DNA from: Nitrosopumilus sp.
GTDB taxonomy: Archaea; Thermoproteota; Nitrososphaeria; Nitrososphaerales; Nitrosopumilaceae
Direction of reading: 5' to 3'
Length of the DNA stretch: 64,000 nt
Assembly (NCBI GenBank): GCA_963662625.1
Contig: OY759726.1
Span: forward strand, 256,001-320,000
Numbering within the stretch: the first letter of the stretch is position 1; every line of letters starts with the position of its first letter. Position numbers and translations under genes: made by a program. The notes under the pieces were generated by a model that did not search any database, had not been told where the DNA came from, and was given only the letters and a program-made list of their open reading frames with translations. Shown here one piece after another: positions 9,819-20,066 of this stretch.

Positions 9819-11087
9819 CTACCCGACAGAGATCTCCGCCCCGGCCCCGCGCATCCCGGCGATGAACCCGGGGTACGAGACCGCCGCGGATTCCGGATCC
9901 CCAACCGTGCATCCCCCCACGAACATCCCGGCTATGCAGAATGCCATGAACAGCCTGTGGTCGTTCTCAGGATCCAGGTCAGCCCCGCGCGGCCTTTCGG
10001 CCGGTTCCAGCACCATCCCGCCGCGGCTCTCCTTGGCCGCCACCCCCACCTTCGCCAGCTCCCTGCACAGGACCGCGATCCTGTCGGTCTCCTTGGCCCT
10101 CGCGTGCCCGACGTTGACGATCTCGATTGGCTCGGACGCCTTCAGCGCGAGTATGGCCAGCGCCGGCAGCAGGTCCGGCGAGTCGCCCAGGTCGAACCTC
10201 CCGCCCCCCAGCCTCCCCTGGGCCCCCACCGAGATCTTCGGGCCGCCGGCCCGGACGGCGACCCCCATGCGCCCCAGCATTCCTATGAACGCCTCGTCCC
10301 CCTGCGGCAGGCCCCCCGCGCCCCCGTTTATCGTGACCCCCCTCCCGTTGAGCACCGCCGCCGAAAGGAGCAGCGCGATGCTGGAAAAGTCTGCCGGGAC
10401 CCCGAACGCGGCCGGCCGGTAGGCCTGCGGGTCCACGCGGTACCTCCTGTACGGGGCCATCGTCCGGACGCCGACCCCGAACGCCGCCATGGAAGACACG
10501 GTCGCGTCGATGTACGGCCTCGACACGGGGTCCCCGTCGACTGACAGGCTGATCCCGTCCTCTGTCAGCGGGGCGCAGATCAGGAGCGAGGATATGAACT
10601 GGCTGGATACTCCCCCCGGCACGGACACGTCCCCGCCCCTGATCCTGCCGGTGATCCTGACCGGCGGCGTCCCGCCGTCCGAGGAGCACTCTGCCCCCAT
10701 GGACTCCAGCGCGTCAAGCAGGGGCCGCATCGGCCTCCCCCGCAGGCTCCGGTCCCCCGTGAGCGTGATCTCCTGCCGGAACAGCCCCGCGATGCCCGCC
10801 GCGATCCTGATCGTGGTGCCGGAATTGGCCGCGTCGATCTCGGGCACCGGGGCGCCCACCCTGATCGGGCCCCTGACGGCGATCGACGCCCCCTCCACGG
10901 CCAGGTCCGCCCCGAGGCACCTGCACGCCCGGATCGTGGCCTCGGTGTCAGCCGAGATCAGCGCGTTGTCCACCCTGCTGCCGCCCCCCGCCAGCGACGC
11001 GATGAACGCCGCCCTGTGCGTGTAGCTCTTGCTCGGCGGGCAGTCGATCTCCCCGGAGATGGACGACTTTTGCACCCTACACCTCAT
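9819..11087 (-). CDS. aroA: EPSP synthase
   Basis: PPSKSYTHRA, NSGTTIR, SSQFISS, KETDRI, DHRL; start at MRCRVQ. Confidence 0.95.
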   Translation of the reverse strand: MRCRVQKSSISGEIDCPPSKSYTHRAAFIASLAGGGSRVDNALISADTEATIRACRCLGADLAVEGASIAVRGPIRVGAPVPEIDAANSGTTIRIAAGIAGLFRQEITLTGDRSLRGRPMRPLLDALESMGAECSSDGGTPPVRITGRIRGGDVSVPGGVSSQFISSLLICAPLTEDGISLSVDGDPVSRPYIDATVSSMAAFGVGVRTMAPYRRYRVDPQAYRPAAFGVPADFSSIALLLSAAVLNGRGVTINGGAGGLPQGDEAFIGMLGRMGVAVRAGGPKISVGAQGRLGGGRFDLGDSPDLLPALAILALKASEPIEIVNVGHARAKETDRIAVLCRELAKVGVAAKESRGGMVLEPAERPRGADLDPENDHRLFMAFCIAGMFVGGCTVGDPESAAVSYPGFIAGMRGAGAEISVG

Positions 11088-11931
11088 GGACCTCGGCCTT
11101 CCTGTTGCTGATCCCCGAGGATATGGTGCGGCCCTCCAGCCCGCCAAACACCCTCCTGATCCGCCGCTCGCCGCCCTTCTTCACGACCGCGGCGATTGCC
11201 GGGCCGTTGCCCGAGACCGACGCGCCGTACGCGCCGTTCTCCAGCAGCCGCGGGATCAACCCCGGGTCCGATCCCAGCGCGGCCGAGGTGGCGAGCCCGT
11301 TCACCACCATGGCGTCCCAGTACCTCGACCTCCTGGCGAGGTCCCACGCGTTCCCGAAGGCCGCCGACAGCGCCTTGAGGTTCTTCGTGTTCCCGCGCTT
11401 CCTGTTCCGTGGCACGAAGATCACGGCGGCCAGGTTCGCGGGCCCCCTCTCGGCGCGGACCCTCTTCCTGCCCGCGTTGTCCGTCACGTTGAACCCGCCG
11501 TAGTAGCAGGCGCACGCGTCGTCGTACGCGCCGGTGACGCTCACGCGGGACGCGATCGACGCGTTGACGCCGGCCAGCAGGACCTGCCGGTCCGAGAGCC
11601 CGGGCCTGAAGATCCCGGCGCACGCCAGGGCCACCGCCGAGGAGATCGCGCTCGAGCTCTTCAGCCCGTACCCGGCGGGGATCTCGGAGTCCAGGGACAG
11701 CGATATCCTGCGCGACTCGAGATCCCTCCGGGGGACTACCGCCTCGACCGTCCTCTTCACGAGCCGCGAGCTGAGGTTCCTGTCGCCGGATTCCATCACT
11801 ATCCCGCTCCCCGGCCCGGACTCGGCGGTGACGGCGACCCGCAGGCCTATGCCGAGTGTCGCCCCCTTCCTGGTGGCCATCGCGTTTACCAGCGATATCG
11901 CCCCGTGGACCGTTGCGCGCACCCTGGCCAC
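11077..11931 (-). CDS. aroK: Archaeal shikimate kinase (GHMP family)
   Basis: IPAGYGLKSSSA, TGAYDDA, SGNGP. Confidence 0.93.
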   Translation of the reverse strand: MARVRATVHGAISLVNAMATRKGATLGIGLRVAVTAESGPGSGIVMESGDRNLSSRLVKRTVEAVVPRRDLESRRISLSLDSEIPAGYGLKSSSAISSAVALACAGIFRPGLSDRQVLLAGVNASIASRVSVTGAYDDACACYYGGFNVTDNAGRKRVRAERGPANLAAVIFVPRNRKRGNTKNLKALSAAFGNAWDLARRSRYWDAMVVNGLATSAALGSDPGLIPRLLENGAYGASVSGNGPAIAAVVKKGGERRIRRVFGGLEGRTISSGISNRKAEVHEV

Positions 11932-12750
11932 CTACGCACCCCCCAGCAGCGCCCTCTTCATGGCGCCGTACGGCGCCCTGACCCCGTGCCATATCTCAAA
12001 GGCCCTCGCCGCCTGCCCCAGCAGCATCTCGTACCCGTAGATCACGGTGGCGCCCGCGGCCTTCGCCCTCCTGAGGAGGTCGGTCTGCACGGGCCGGTAC
12101 ACGATGTCGCAGACCGTCGTGCCCCCGCCGATCCCGTCGAGGGGGACTGGGATCGGCTCGTTTTCCATCCCCAGCGACGTCGCGTTGACGATGATGTCGT
12201 AGCCGCCAGCGCCGCCCACCCGGTCCAGGCCCGCAGGCTCGGCGTCCAGGCCGAGCCTCGCCGAGAACTCGGACAGCTCCTCGGCGCCTGCCGGCGTCCT
12301 GTTGGCTACCGTGATCCGGCCCGCGCGCTCTTTTGCGAACGCCGCCACGATGGCACGCGCCGCGCCGCCCGCGCCCAGCAGCAGGACGCTCGAGCCCCTG
12401 ACGGGCAGGCCCCTCTTCTTGAACGGGTCCAGGAACCCGTCCACGTCGGTGTTGTACCCCTTCAGCATGCCGCCGGCGCTGGACACGGTGTTGGCGGCGC
12501 CGACGGCGCTGCACGACTCGTCGGTCCTGTCCAGGTGCCCCATCACCGCCACCTTGTGCGGGACCGTGACGTTGAACCCGGCGACGCCGATCTTCTTCAG
12601 CGCGGCGATCCCCCCCTCCAGCTCGCCCCGTGGGATCCTGTACGCGATGTACGAGCAGTCGAGCCCCAGCTCCCTGAAGGCCGCGCCGTGTATGTCCGGC
12701 GAGAGGGAGTGGCCTATCGGGTCCCCTATCACCGCGAAGGTCTTCGGCAT
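11932..12750 (-). CDS. aroE: Shikimate dehydrogenase
   Basis: GDPIGHSLSP, NVTVPHK, NTD, GAGGAARA. Confidence 0.95.
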   Translation of the reverse strand: MPKTFAVIGDPIGHSLSPDIHGAAFRELGLDCSYIAYRIPRGELEGGIAALKKIGVAGFNVTVPHKVAVMGHLDRTDESCSAVGAANTVSSAGGMLKGYNTDVDGFLDPFKKRGLPVRGSSVLLLGAGGAARAIVAAFAKERAGRITVANRTPAGAEELSEFSARLGLDAEPAGLDRVGGAGGYDIIVNATSLGMENEPIPVPLDGIGGGTTVCDIVYRPVQTDLLRRAKAAGATVIYGYEMLLGQAARAFEIWHGVRAPYGAMKRALLGGA

Positions 12751-13397
12751 TACTCTGCTTCCGGCCCGGGCTATTTATTCTGACGCGGGCGCCCAGTCAA
12801 GCGAAAAGTACGCCAAATGGCCAACCGCCGCAATTCCAGACAGATCAGCTTGGGCGGGCCCCGGCAAGGTTTGAATTGTCTCGAAGCAAGACCCGCCAGG
12901 GCCGCGACATGGTGAACGGCCCCCGCCCATATCGGGGCGTCGTCTCCGGCACCTATGTTAACCGCCCAGGCGCAGTTGCCGCAATGCATCCCGCGGCTTT
13001 TCCGATCCGTGCCTGGGTTGCATGGCATGGGATTCACGGATGGCGCCGGCAAGGCGGTCCGGGATGCGGGCGGCGCCGGGGGCCGCCCCCGGCGCCGCCT
13101 TCCGGGCCTTCCTCCCCGCCCGCCTGGCTTCCTTCCATCCCGGCGACTTGGCCGACGGCGGGGAGCGGGCGTTCCCGCAGTGCGCGGGGCGGGCCCGGGG
13201 CCTCCTGGTTTCTGCCACCGCCTCCCCGTATTTTGACTTGATCGAGCCGGCGACGCCGGGCGCGAGTGCCAGCAGGCCCCCCGGCTGCCTGGTCGTTCTG
13301 CGCCTTGCCACGCACGCACTGGCACCCCCTGCAGCAAGGATCGGCAGGATCGCGCCTTGCTGGTTAAAGGGTCAGCACGCGTGACCTCATACCAGCT

Positions 13398-13506
13398 GTC
13401 GTAAAAATCGCTTAAGTGTGGTGGTGTTGTTATCCTGACTTCCGGGTGGCCCTCCAGCCAGTCCCCGTAGTCGTAAAAATCGCTTAAGTGCGGTGGTGTT
13501 GTTATC
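13398..13506. repeat. Two 37-bp direct repeats with a 35-bp spacer (CRISPR-like geometry or duplicated promoter)
   Basis: gtcgtaaaaatcgcttaagtgYggtggtgttgttatc at 13398-13434 and 13470-13506, one mismatch; no cas gene in window. Confidence 0.85.
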
Positions 13507-13512
13507 AGTGCA

Positions 13513-15495
13513 ATGGACAAAGCCATGCTTATCGGGCTATCGCTTTTTCTGGGTGTCGGTATGGCCGCCGCGTCATCGTCGGCGGGCATCCTGTCACCAC
13601 TGGCGCAGTACGACTCGGGGGTGCCGATGCATGGCATACAGTGCAGGGATTCAAGGGTGCTCATGGAGACCCTGCGGGGGACGCCGGCGTGCGTATACGG
13701 GGATTCTGCGGTGGTGATGCAGCATAGGGGCTGGACGCCCGTGGAACCGGGACTGGCCGGGGCCGCGCAGCAGGGTGCAGAACCGGGGGAGCCTGCCCGC
13801 GCCACGCATGGCGCGGGAGGGCAGGGCCCGGATGCGCGGTACGTGACAGTGCCGGAACCCGCGCATGCCGGCACGTCATGCGGCTTTTGCCCGGGGATAC
13901 TCCTCCTGCCGGAGCTGCCCCTGCTGGGAGAGGACGCGACGATCACGGTGACGATCAACGAGGGCAACGGCGGGTACCTCCCGGTGAGGGACGGCCTGTT
14001 CCTGGAGTTCTTCTCGTACCCGCCGGGAGCCGCAGTGTTCCCGGAGCTTGACGTGGTGCCGATGCCAGGCTGGTCCGTCCAGGACGGAGGCGCCCCCGGG
14101 AACCCCGACGTGCCCAGCATCAACGACGCGTACGTCATGCCCGTGACAGGCCTGCCGCCCCTACCCGAGTACCCGGACGCCAGCTTCACGACCAGCCTCA
14201 GGGTGGTGGAGCCCGGCGCGGTCGCGATAGGCGCCAGGGTGTTCAGCTACGGCGGCGAGTGGCCGGTCGACGCGACCCTGACCGACACCCACGAGATTGT
14301 ACGGCTGCAGGACAAGCGCCAGACCTACGGCGAGCACTCGCTGGACATGATCGTCGGCCCCGACGAGACGAACTACTACGATCCGCGCCTCACGGTGAGG
14401 GCTCCGCTTGCGACCGACCGTGAGGTGCTGGAGTTCCGCGAGTTCGTAGAGAGGAGGGGCGGCATAGGCCCCGAGGTGACCGCGCTTTGGGAGGCCAACG
14501 CCAAGAAGGACATGATGCGCCTAGAGGGGATCTACACCGAGGAGGAGGCAGAGAGATACCTGAACTTTGTAACCCGTATCCACAGGGGCTACGGTGAAGA
14601 AAGCATCCCGTGGAGGGAGGTGGAACAAGACAGGCTTTCTGACGACGGCTACATCGCCCAGCACCTAAGCGCAGAAAGAAGCGTGGAGGAGAACCCGATG
14701 CAGAGTTGGGCCAGCTTCTACCGTTACTTCGACGGCCAGGACGGGTGGAACGACGGCTTTGGCAGCACGCTTGGGCAGATCAGGGAATACCTGGCCAAGG
14801 ACGGGTACATGACCGCGCCCGAGATAGACCGGTACGTCGGGGAGTACCTGGCCGACGACTTTTCCGGCGCCCAAAACTTTTCCCCCGGGCTTGATTTTCT
14901 GCCCAGGGCATACGCGGCTCCCTTCATACACCTTGAGGGGCGCACCCATGTGTAAAAGTCACCCGCCGACAACACGGATGCCAACGACTCAGGCCCGGTA
15001 CACGGCATCGAGGTCTGCGCCCAAAAGAAAACACCCACAGGCTACCAAACGCTGACAGATAGAAGCGGCAACAGTGCGTGTGATGTTGCAGACGAAACAG
15101 GCAGGTTTGTGATTTGGAATGCACGCATCGGAACCAGCCCAACCACGTTATCATGCCTGATCCATACTGGTACAAGCAAGCAAAAAAACGACGGCAACCC
15201 ACACGTCAAAGTTCTTTACAAGACCAACGACGGTGGATTTGCCCACAACACCCCGGATCGTGCAAATACCAGCTCCGGCCACGACTTGGGGACGTACACG
15301 ATACCTGCCAACTCGAATTTGCATCACGCGTCGTATGTCATAGACGCAATCGAGGACGCGTGGAAGTTCTTCGATGACGGTACCCCGGATTTTAGGCCAA
15401 CATGGGACAAAGGAGATAGGGTGACGGTGTACATAGCGCCATCTGAGAAGAACTCCGCGCATTACACAGTAGGCACCAAACAGATTCACATTCTA
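13513..15495 (+). pseudogene. Large secreted protein with thaumarchaeal SPLxQ...C...PACV...RGW domain; in-frame stop and IS truncation
   Basis: Signal peptide; TAA at 14953-14955, then the same frame stays open (KSPADNTDAND...HIL) up to the IS630 fragment. Confidence 0.7.
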
Positions 15496-15780
15496 GGCGG
15501 AGGCTCGGCAAGGCGCCCGTGTCCGCAGGCAACGCGTCGTGGCACAAGTCCAAGGCGGTGCTGCGCCACGTGGGGGAGTGCGGGGACGCCCGGCTGGAGC
15601 ACTTTCCCCCGCACGCCCCGGAGCTTGACGGCACCGGGGTGCAGCGGGGGGCGACGGGGAACTCCATGGGCAACCTCCTGTACGCGGGCGCCGGGGAGGC
15701 CGTGGGGCCCATACGCGCCATGATCCGCAAGAAGGAGATCGTTCCGGTCAAAATGAACGGTTACTTGATGTGTTGACTAT
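15496..15780 (+). mobile_element. IS630-family transposase remnant (C-terminal part)
   Basis: GNASWHKS...FPPHAPELDGTG resembles the IS630 motif DNA.WH.S...LP.YSPELNPIE with catalytic residues eroded; ends approximate. Confidence 0.65.
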
Positions 15781-16289
15781 GGAGGTAGTGCAGCGGTGGT
15801 GCCCATACCCATTACATGGGATAGGATACACTATGCTTTTGCCTTTGCGTATTTTCTATAAACCCACCAAGCAGGAATAAAAAACAGGATCGACGGATAC
15901 GCGCTGCTGATTACAACCCTGTCAAGGTTATGAGCGGGATCTCATTCGGTTCTGTGTTTTCCAGGCTTGTGACCATAACAGAGATGACAGACCCGACTCC
16001 TGCGCATGCCGGCAAAAGTGCGGTTATTCGAAGAACGTTCGGATTCACGCCTGTTAAAAAAAATAGGCGTCAGCCTCAGTTTAAAGGGATATCGCCTATT
16101 CCCGTCTCTGCCTTTGCGCTACTGCCAACTGGATTCGCAGCTTTTGCCATGTTTTTCCCCACACGCAAAGCCAAGGCCCCGCGTTGCGCCCGCCGGCCAC
16201 CCCGGCGCGGCCGGATGTGGCGCCCCCGCGGCCCCGGAGACGTCCCGGCGTGCCCGGCGGGCCGCGTCCCAGTTGTCCCAACCGGCGGT

Positions 16290-17021
16290 TCACGAGGGCC
16301 TCCCCGGGCTGCCCGGCCGGCCTGTCGCGGCCTGGGCCGCTTTCTGCCACCGGGAAGACCGGCGCCCCATCCCCTCCAGCTGGGCGATGCTGAACTGCCC
16401 CGGCGCGACCGGCCTCCCGAGCGACACGTACGTGTAGGGGCTGCCCAGGTACAGGCAGAGGATCCTCGACATCCTGCCCTTGTCGCCCATGCAGAACGCC
16501 ACCAGGCTGGCGTTCCCGCGCGCGCGGTACAGCCCCAGGACCCTCGCAGAGTCCTCCAGCGACAGGGCGGTCGTCACCATCTTCACGTTGCTGGAGAGCC
16601 CGGCCATCGTGGCGAGCTTCCTTTCCAGCACCCGCGACGGCGGGGTCCCCTCGAAGTCGTGCCAGGACACCAGGACGTCGGCCTTGGCGTCGCTCAGGTA
16701 GCCCGCCAGGCGCCCGTCCCTCCGCAGCGTGTCGAACTCCACGTCCAGCAGGAAGGGGCCGTACTCGGCCACCAGCTTCAGGATCGCGGCGCGCTCCGGC
16801 TCGCCCCCGGGGAACATGCCCCCCTCCGACCGCGGCCTCAGCGTGCAGACGCACCGCGGCAGGAGCCCCCGCGCCAGGCGCAGCGCCTCGGGCACGTCGC
16901 GCGGCTCCAGGAAGTCGAGCCTGAGCTCCGCGAGCTCCGACCTTTTCAGCGCCATCCCCGCGGCCCGCGCCAGCCCTTTCGGGGTGCGCTCGGCCACGGT
17001 GACGCACGTCCTGTAGTTCAT
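16290..17021 (-). CDS. aroD: Type I 3-dehydroquinate dehydratase
   Basis: ELRLDFL, TLRPRSEGG, SWHDFEGTP, APGQ; ATGA overlap with upstream gene. Confidence 0.92.
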   Translation of the reverse strand: MNYRTCVTVAERTPKGLARAAGMALKRSELAELRLDFLEPRDVPEALRLARGLLPRCVCTLRPRSEGGMFPGGEPERAAILKLVAEYGPFLLDVEFDTLRRDGRLAGYLSDAKADVLVSWHDFEGTPPSRVLERKLATMAGLSSNVKMVTTALSLEDSARVLGLYRARGNASLVAFCMGDKGRMSRILCLYLGSPYTYVSLGRPVAPGQFSIAQLEGMGRRSSRWQKAAQAATGRPGSPGRPS

Positions 17022-18076
17022 TTTTCCAAGATGTACTCGTCTGAGACCTCCATCCCGAAGTGCCTCCCGGTGGCCGCGTGCGCCAGCGCCATCACGTAGT
17101 CGCCCTTCCTGAGGTGCGTCACGGACACCAGCTTCCCGTCCGGCCGGACGAAGCGTATCGTCTCGGCGTCTTGGGCGATTATCCCGCCCACCTCGCCTCC
17201 CGCGGACGCCTTGATCATCAGCATGGGCCTCCGCTCTATCTTCGACCTCCCCACCGTGGCGCGCCTGGCGCCCCCCTCGGGATCCACTATCAGCACCTCG
17301 GATCCCGTCTCCACCTCGGAGAGGTACATCGTGGTCCCGTCTGGGGCGAGCGTGTAGCAGTGCACCGCCCCCGCGTTTACCCTGAACGGCCGCGGCGACG
17401 TGAACGACGAGCCCACCGACTCGTTGTGGACGAGGAACAGGAAGTTCGAGCGGCTGCCCACCAGCATCCCGTCGCCCCTGTGCAGCATCGACGCCGTGTC
17501 GACGCACACCCGCTCCCCGTCCCCGACCTCCTTTACCTCGATGACCTCGGCCCGCTGCAGCGGGAAGTTCCGGGTCCCCATGTACACCATGGCCTCCCTG
17601 ACCTCGCCGATCGACCGCGCCGGGAAGATCACCCCGTCCACGCCCACCTCTAGGATCGAGAACATCTTCCTGACCTCCTCCGGCGTGCGCGCGGCCGCGA
17701 AGATCCTCGTCCGGGCCTTGTGCAGCTTGGCGATGGCGTTCTCAAGCGGGATGATCTTCCAGTCCTTCACCTCCACTATCGCAAAGTCCAGCCCCTTCCC
17801 CGAGGCGGCCAGGATGGCGTCTATGTCCTTGTTTGAGGCCACCCTGAACCTCCGGCCGGCCTTCTTGCCCCTGGGCCTCGCGGCGCCGTCGCCCTCCAGC
17901 ACCACATAGTCCGCGGCGGCCGACGCGGACACCGTCCGCAGCCCCGACTTTGCGCCGACCTTCCCCGGGTCGAGGTACACGGTCCTGATCCCCTCGGATT
18001 CCAGCTGCTGGAGGAACTTGCCGAGCTGCGCCCGCGGCGCCCTTGGCACTATTATCAGCTCGCGGTCCCTACCCAA
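17018..18076 (-). CDS. aroB': 3-dehydroquinate synthase II (archaeal AroB')
   Basis: WKIIPLEN, GERVCVDT, RPFRVNAGAVH, GRHFGM. Confidence 0.93.
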   Translation of the reverse strand: MGRDRELIIVPRAPRAQLGKFLQQLESEGIRTVYLDPGKVGAKSGLRTVSASAAADYVVLEGDGAARPRGKKAGRRFRVASNKDIDAILAASGKGLDFAIVEVKDWKIIPLENAIAKLHKARTRIFAAARTPEEVRKMFSILEVGVDGVIFPARSIGEVREAMVYMGTRNFPLQRAEVIEVKEVGDGERVCVDTASMLHRGDGMLVGSRSNFLFLVHNESVGSSFTSPRPFRVNAGAVHCYTLAPDGTTMYLSEVETGSEVLIVDPEGGARRATVGRSKIERRPMLMIKASAGGEVGGIIAQDAETIRFVRPDGKLVSVTHLRKGDYVMALAHAATGRHFGMEVSDEYILEK

Positions 18077-18851
18077 GCTTTTTCACCGCTTCCCCCGCGG
18101 CCTCTTTCTTGAAGATTATCGCGGCCAGCGCCTCGACCATCCTTGCCGGCTCCCTGTGCGCAAAGACGTTCCTCCCGTAGGTCACCCCCCTAGCGCCCGC
18201 CGCCATGGCGTCCTCCGTCATCCGGAGCAGGTCGAGGTCCGTCTTCGCCTTTGGCCCCCCCGCGATCACGATCGGGACGGGCGTGCTTTTCACGATCCTT
18301 GAGAAAGAGTCGACGTCCCCCGTGTACACGGTCTTTACGATGTCCGCGCCGCATTCGGCCCCTATCCGGGCCACGTGCCCCACGATCTCCGGGTCGTGCG
18401 GGTCCTTGACGTTCTCGCCCCTCGGGTACATCATCGCGAGCAGCGGCATGTTCCACCTGTGGCACTGGTCGGCAGTCATCCCCAGCTGCTCGAGCATCTC
18501 CGGTTCCTCCCTCCCCCCGACGTTTATGTGGAGCGACACGCCGTCGGCGCCGAGCGCGACCGCCTCCCTTACCGTGCCGGTCAGCATCTTCCTGTTGGGC
18601 GACATGGAGAGCGAGGTGCTGCCCGAGAAATGGACCAGCACGCCCACCCTTGGGGGCCTCGGCATCGCCTTGAGGATGCCCTTGTTGACTATCACGCTGG
18701 TGAGCCCGCGCGTCTCGCAGCCGTATATCGTGGCCGCGGGGTCCTCCAGGCCCTCGATCGGGCCGTTTGAGACGCCGTGGTCCATCGGGATGCAGAGCAT
18801 CCTCCCCTTCCGCATGATGCGGCCGAGCCTGATCTGGTGGCCAGATACCAT
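18069..18851 (-). CDS. aroA': 2-amino-3,7-dideoxy-D-threo-hept-6-ulosonate synthase (class I aldolase)
   Basis: PMDHG, LAMMYPRG, GADIVKT.YTGD, AGGPK, GRNVF; heads the aro operon. Confidence 0.9.
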   Translation of the reverse strand: MVSGHQIRLGRIMRKGRMLCIPMDHGVSNGPIEGLEDPAATIYGCETRGLTSVIVNKGILKAMPRPPRVGVLVHFSGSTSLSMSPNRKMLTGTVREAVALGADGVSLHINVGGREEPEMLEQLGMTADQCHRWNMPLLAMMYPRGENVKDPHDPEIVGHVARIGAECGADIVKTVYTGDVDSFSRIVKSTPVPIVIAGGPKAKTDLDLLRMTEDAMAAGARGVTYGRNVFAHREPARMVEALAAIIFKKEAAGEAVKKLG

Positions 18852-19021
18852 GAGGGTGTATGGTTCCCGCGCCCTACTTAAAAATAACGTACCCCCGGCG
18901 GGCACGCGGGGGCGCCCCCGGATCCCGGACGCGGAAAACGTGCAGCCCGCGCGACGCGTTCCCGCAGGGCGCGGCCGGCGCGGTTGGATCACTTTAATTG
19001 GTTTGGGGCGCGCAGTGTTCC

Positions 19022-19900
19022 ATGGAGTGAAGGGCGATCCTGGGACTGCTGGCCGCATTGTCGGCAAGCGTGGCGGCCGCTCCCGCGTTGGCGGAGGTTC
19101 CCCCACCGCTGGTTCAGTACAGGGGCGGCATCCCTGCAGGCCTGGTACGGTGCAGCCTAGACAAGACCCTGCTGGCGCACTCGCATAATGGCAAGCCGGC
19201 GTGCGCCTTCCCGGGATCCGTCGAAAAGCTCCTGCAACGCGGGTTCCTGGCCGTGGCCCCTGCAGGAGGGCAGGCCGGGCAGGATGTTGAAATCCATGGG
19301 ACAGTGAGTCCGCTCAGACACCCCCTCCAATTCCTCTGCTTGACGTGTACGGCGGCGAGGGCAAGGTTTGGATTGATCTGTAGAATGCAGGCCTCCTTGA
19401 TGCTGAAAGATCCCGCGTTGGGGCATCGGCAGGCCCAGGAACACCCGGCGCGTTTGATGATTCCAAGATTGAATCTTGGGTACCAGGCCGCATCCCAGAC
19501 GGTTACAGGATCGGCTACGCCGGGTTATTTCCAGCCGAACGCAACGACCAGACAAAGTATAGGGTACGCATGCACTTCGTGCCGCCCTCCTTTACGTACA
19601 CGCCGACCACGACAGAAGGGGATGTCGCAGGTGCCGACGGCATCCTTTATTATTCTGGTATAACTAAAAACACGGAATGGCATGCCAGGGCGGACAACCT
19701 CCAGCATAAGGTTGCAATGGGCTGGGCGGTATTTGACCAAACCAACGAGTTGTTTGGGCCGATGTACCCGGGCAATGACATTGGCGGGTTTGCGGTACGG
19801 GCCGTATTTCCAGACTGCGGGTTGTCCGTCACGGGTCATGCGTTGGACAACGCAGAAGGCATCAAGATGATAAACTCCATACGGGGCGCGATGTTCCCCG
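19022..19900 (+). pseudogene. Degraded secreted-protein gene, paralogous N-terminal domain to 13513
   Basis: ATG GAG TGA then signal peptide and PPLVQYRGGIP...C...GKPACAF...KLLQRGF; further fragments in other frames; 3' end approximate. Confidence 0.65.
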
Positions 19901-20066
19901 AATGGTTGTTTTGTCGTTTTGTTGATGGCCGTTTTGGCGGGCGGCGCGGGCTCCTGCACGCTCCTGGCGGGCGGCCCGGCCCCCGGCCCGGCCGCCCCCA
20001 CGGAATAGGCCGGGAGGGTCCGGCCTGCGCGCCGGGGCCCCGCGCGGGCACGGGCAGGGCTCGGGC

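Noticed and set aside
13200-13270. Possible IS5-like transposase scrap (SIKSKYGEAV) on the minus strand
   Set aside because: Only a short motif resemblance; not supportable without a search
13326-13397. Third degenerate copy of the 37-bp repeat
   Set aside because: Only about 8 of 13 bases match at the start and the spacing is off
12771-14189. 472-aa minus-strand ORF across the repeat pair
   Set aside because: Low-complexity antisense shadow of the 13513 gene; no recognisable motifs
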